From Caedimonas varicaedens (GTDB taxonomy: Bacteria; Pseudomonadota; Alphaproteobacteria; Caedimonadales; Caedimonadaceae), in contig BBVC01000011.1 in NCBI GenBank assembly GCA_001192655.1, positions 1-27,829 on the forward strand: a stretch of DNA of 27,829 bases, in the 5' to 3' direction. The translations under genes were made by a program, and so were the position numbers. Each line of letters opens with the position of its first letter. The first letter of the stretch is position 1. Positions 26,064 to 27,829 of this stretch are shown in pieces. The notes under the pieces are model-generated. The model saw only the letters and a program-made list of their open reading frames with translations. It did not search any database and was not told the DNA's origin.

Positions 26064-27815
26064 ATGTGCGGAATTGCCGGGATTTATGCCAGAAAATCTC
26101 TTCCTTCCCCAACGCATTTGCGTTTGATGGCGGATGCGCTGGCGCATCGTGGGCCTGATGGAGAATCCATCGAAATACGAGATCATGTGGGACTTGTTCA
26201 TCGACGACTTTCTATTATTGATCTGGAAACGGGACGACAGCCTCTGACTGATGAAGATGGTCGCTTACTGATTGTGAATGGGGAAATCTATAATTACGTT
26301 GAACTCAGGAAAGGATTTCCTCTTGTCCATTTCAGGACGCAGTCTGATTGTGAAGTTATTCTGCCTCTTTATAAGCAGCAGGGACTCCGCTTTACGGAAT
26401 CCTTGCGTGGTATGTACGGGCTGGCACTGTATGACCCTCTATCCAGGGATTTAATTCTGGCGCGAGACCTTTTTGGTATGAAACAACTTTATTATACCCA
26501 GACCCCGCAAGGGTTTATTTTTGCCTCAGAACCCAACGCTATTCTGGCGACAAATCTTATCTCCGCAGAGGTTAATCCCCAAGCCCGTGCAGAGCTTTTA
26601 CAGCTTCGATATAATACTGGGCGGACGACTATTTTTAACAGGATTGAACGCCTTCTTCCCGGAGAAACAATCATCGTACGGGACGGAGAAATTATCGCGC
26701 ACCATCAAGAGACAAAATGCCCTTCCCTGAATTCCCGAATCACCCCGGAAGAAGCACTGCTCTTGTTTGAGCAGACGTTTCATGACAGTGTTCACCTTCA
26801 TCTCAGATCAGATGTTCCTTATGGACTTTTCCTTTCTGGGGGTCTGGATTCAGCCAGCCTTCTCGCGTTTATGTCCCGGGAAACAGGTCAAAGGCTTAAA
26901 ACTTATACTGTCGGGTTTAAGGGAGCCAAAATCCATGATGAACGGAATCAGGCTTCAAGGCTTGCTCAACATTTCAAAACAGACCATACAGAAGTGGATT
27001 TTTCCGAGGATGATTTTTGGTCACTCTTGCCAGCCGTGGTTGAGGCACACGATGATCCTGTTTTTGATCCCGCGATGATTCCCACTTTTAAACTGGCTGC
27101 GGTGGCGAAACAGGACGTCAAGGTTATTTTATGTGGTGAAGGTGGCGATGAAATGCTGGCAGGATACCGCCGTTATCAAAAGGCACATTGGCCAAGCTGG
27201 CTTGGGGGAAGGCTTTTTCGACAAAAAGGTGTCTTTGATGCCACACCGCTTAAAGGCTGCTTAACACCCTGGCGAGAAGGAATCGAAAGAATCAGGGATG
27301 AAGCTGTTGCCCATGCCTTTTCAAAAGTTCAGACGGCACAACTGACGGATCTTGAAACATGGATGCCCAATAATCTGCTGATTAAACTTGATCGATGTCT
27401 TATGGCTCATGGACTGGAAGGCAGAACACCTTATCTTGATCGTGTAGTTTTGGATCATTTATTTTCGCTGCCTGACAGATATAAAATTCACCACAGACAA
27501 GGCAAATGGATTTTGAGGCAATGGCTAGCCAAAAATTTGCCAGAAGCAGAACCTTTTGCCAAAAAAAGAGGGTTTAGCGTTCCTGTTGCTCAGTGGATGA
27601 AGGGGCAAGCCCCTCATTTGGCAAGGCTTGTGGCACAACAGCCTGGGATCAGGGAATTTTTGCCATCTGAACACGTTATGGATATTTTCCTGAAAGAGAA
27701 AAAAAACTACCCGTTTGCTGCCTGGGTACTGCTCGTCTATGCTGTTTGGCACCAGCGGCATATCATGAGAACCCCCCGCCAGGATGATACATTCTCTTTT
27801 TTGGCGAGGACGTAA
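26064..27815 (+). CDS. Asparagine synthase (glutamine-hydrolysing) family amidotransferase, AsnB-like
   Basis: MCGIAGIY provides the Ntn Cys2 nucleophile, so the start should be the ATG at 26064 and not the GTG at 26052. PP-loop LSGGLDSAS. 583 aa. Confidence 0.88.
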   Translation: MCGIAGIYARKSLPSPTHLRLMADALAHRGPDGESIEIRDHVGLVHRRLSIIDLETGRQPLTDEDGRLLIVNGEIYNYVELRKGFPLVHFRTQSDCEVILPLYKQQGLRFTESLRGMYGLALYDPLSRDLILARDLFGMKQLYYTQTPQGFIFASEPNAILATNLISAEVNPQARAELLQLRYNTGRTTIFNRIERLLPGETIIVRDGEIIAHHQETKCPSLNSRITPEEALLLFEQTFHDSVHLHLRSDVPYGLFLSGGLDSASLLAFMSRETGQRLKTYTVGFKGAKIHDERNQASRLAQHFKTDHTEVDFSEDDFWSLLPAVVEAHDDPVFDPAMIPTFKLAAVAKQDVKVILCGEGGDEMLAGYRRYQKAHWPSWLGGRLFRQKGVFDATPLKGCLTPWREGIERIRDEAVAHAFSKVQTAQLTDLETWMPNNLLIKLDRCLMAHGLEGRTPYLDRVVLDHLFSLPDRYKIHHRQGKWILRQWLAKNLPEAEPFAKKRGFSVPVAQWMKGQAPHLARLVAQQPGIREFLPSEHVMDIFLKEKKNYPFAAWVLLVYAVWHQRHIMRTPRQDDTFSFLART

Positions 27816-27829
27816 AATCGAAATTACGG

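Noticed and set aside
1-27829. Scan for tRNA, rRNA or tmRNA genes, CRISPR arrays and long tandem repeats
   Set aside because: I saw no T-loop-type GGTTCGAAT contexts with a cloverleaf, no rRNA-like segments, and no regularly spaced direct repeats. The only long repeat is the IS pair. Small ncRNAs cannot be excluded by eye.

Overview
This is a 27.8 kb chromosomal window that looks alphaproteobacterial. The evidence is gene content and order: carD, pstSCAB-phoU, a long mutS, and dnaB-alr...radA-cvpA. The sequence is AT-leaning by eye. Several pseudogenes and IS copies suggest a host-associated lineage undergoing gene loss, but that is inference only.

The minus strand from 1 to 7857 carries ygfZ (partial), carD, pepP, phoU, pstB, pstA, pstC and pstS. 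mutS is on the plus strand, followed by two tandem PAP2-family membrane phosphatase paralogs. The second paralog is cleanly split by a 904 bp IS630/Tc1-mariner-type insertion sequence. Next come an AT-rich gap and a small Cys-rich lipoprotein ORF. A tightly packed minus-strand block follows: dnaB-alr-mlaE-mlaF-radA-cvpA. After it sit a LexA-sized UmuD-like S24 autopeptidase with no umuC partner and a SAM-dependent methyltransferase.

A second IS copy (905 bp) occupies the site of an internal deletion in polyphosphate kinase ppk1. Apart from one A in a poly-A tract, I saw no difference between the two IS copies. The window ends with a GT9-GT4-AsnB-like envelope polysaccharide cluster.

I recognised no rRNA, tRNA or CRISPR array, and I found no discrete multi-gene defence, secretion or toxin system. 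The items most likely to be new are:
- the small lipoprotein with a mirror-symmetric cysteine pattern and a W/H-rich tail;
- the orphan S24 peptidase with a non-canonical N-terminal region;
- the PAP2 pair with complementary motif degeneration;
- the IS-driven inactivation of ppk1 and one PAP2 gene.

All functional calls come from my own motif and family recognition on the translated ORFs. No database search was run.
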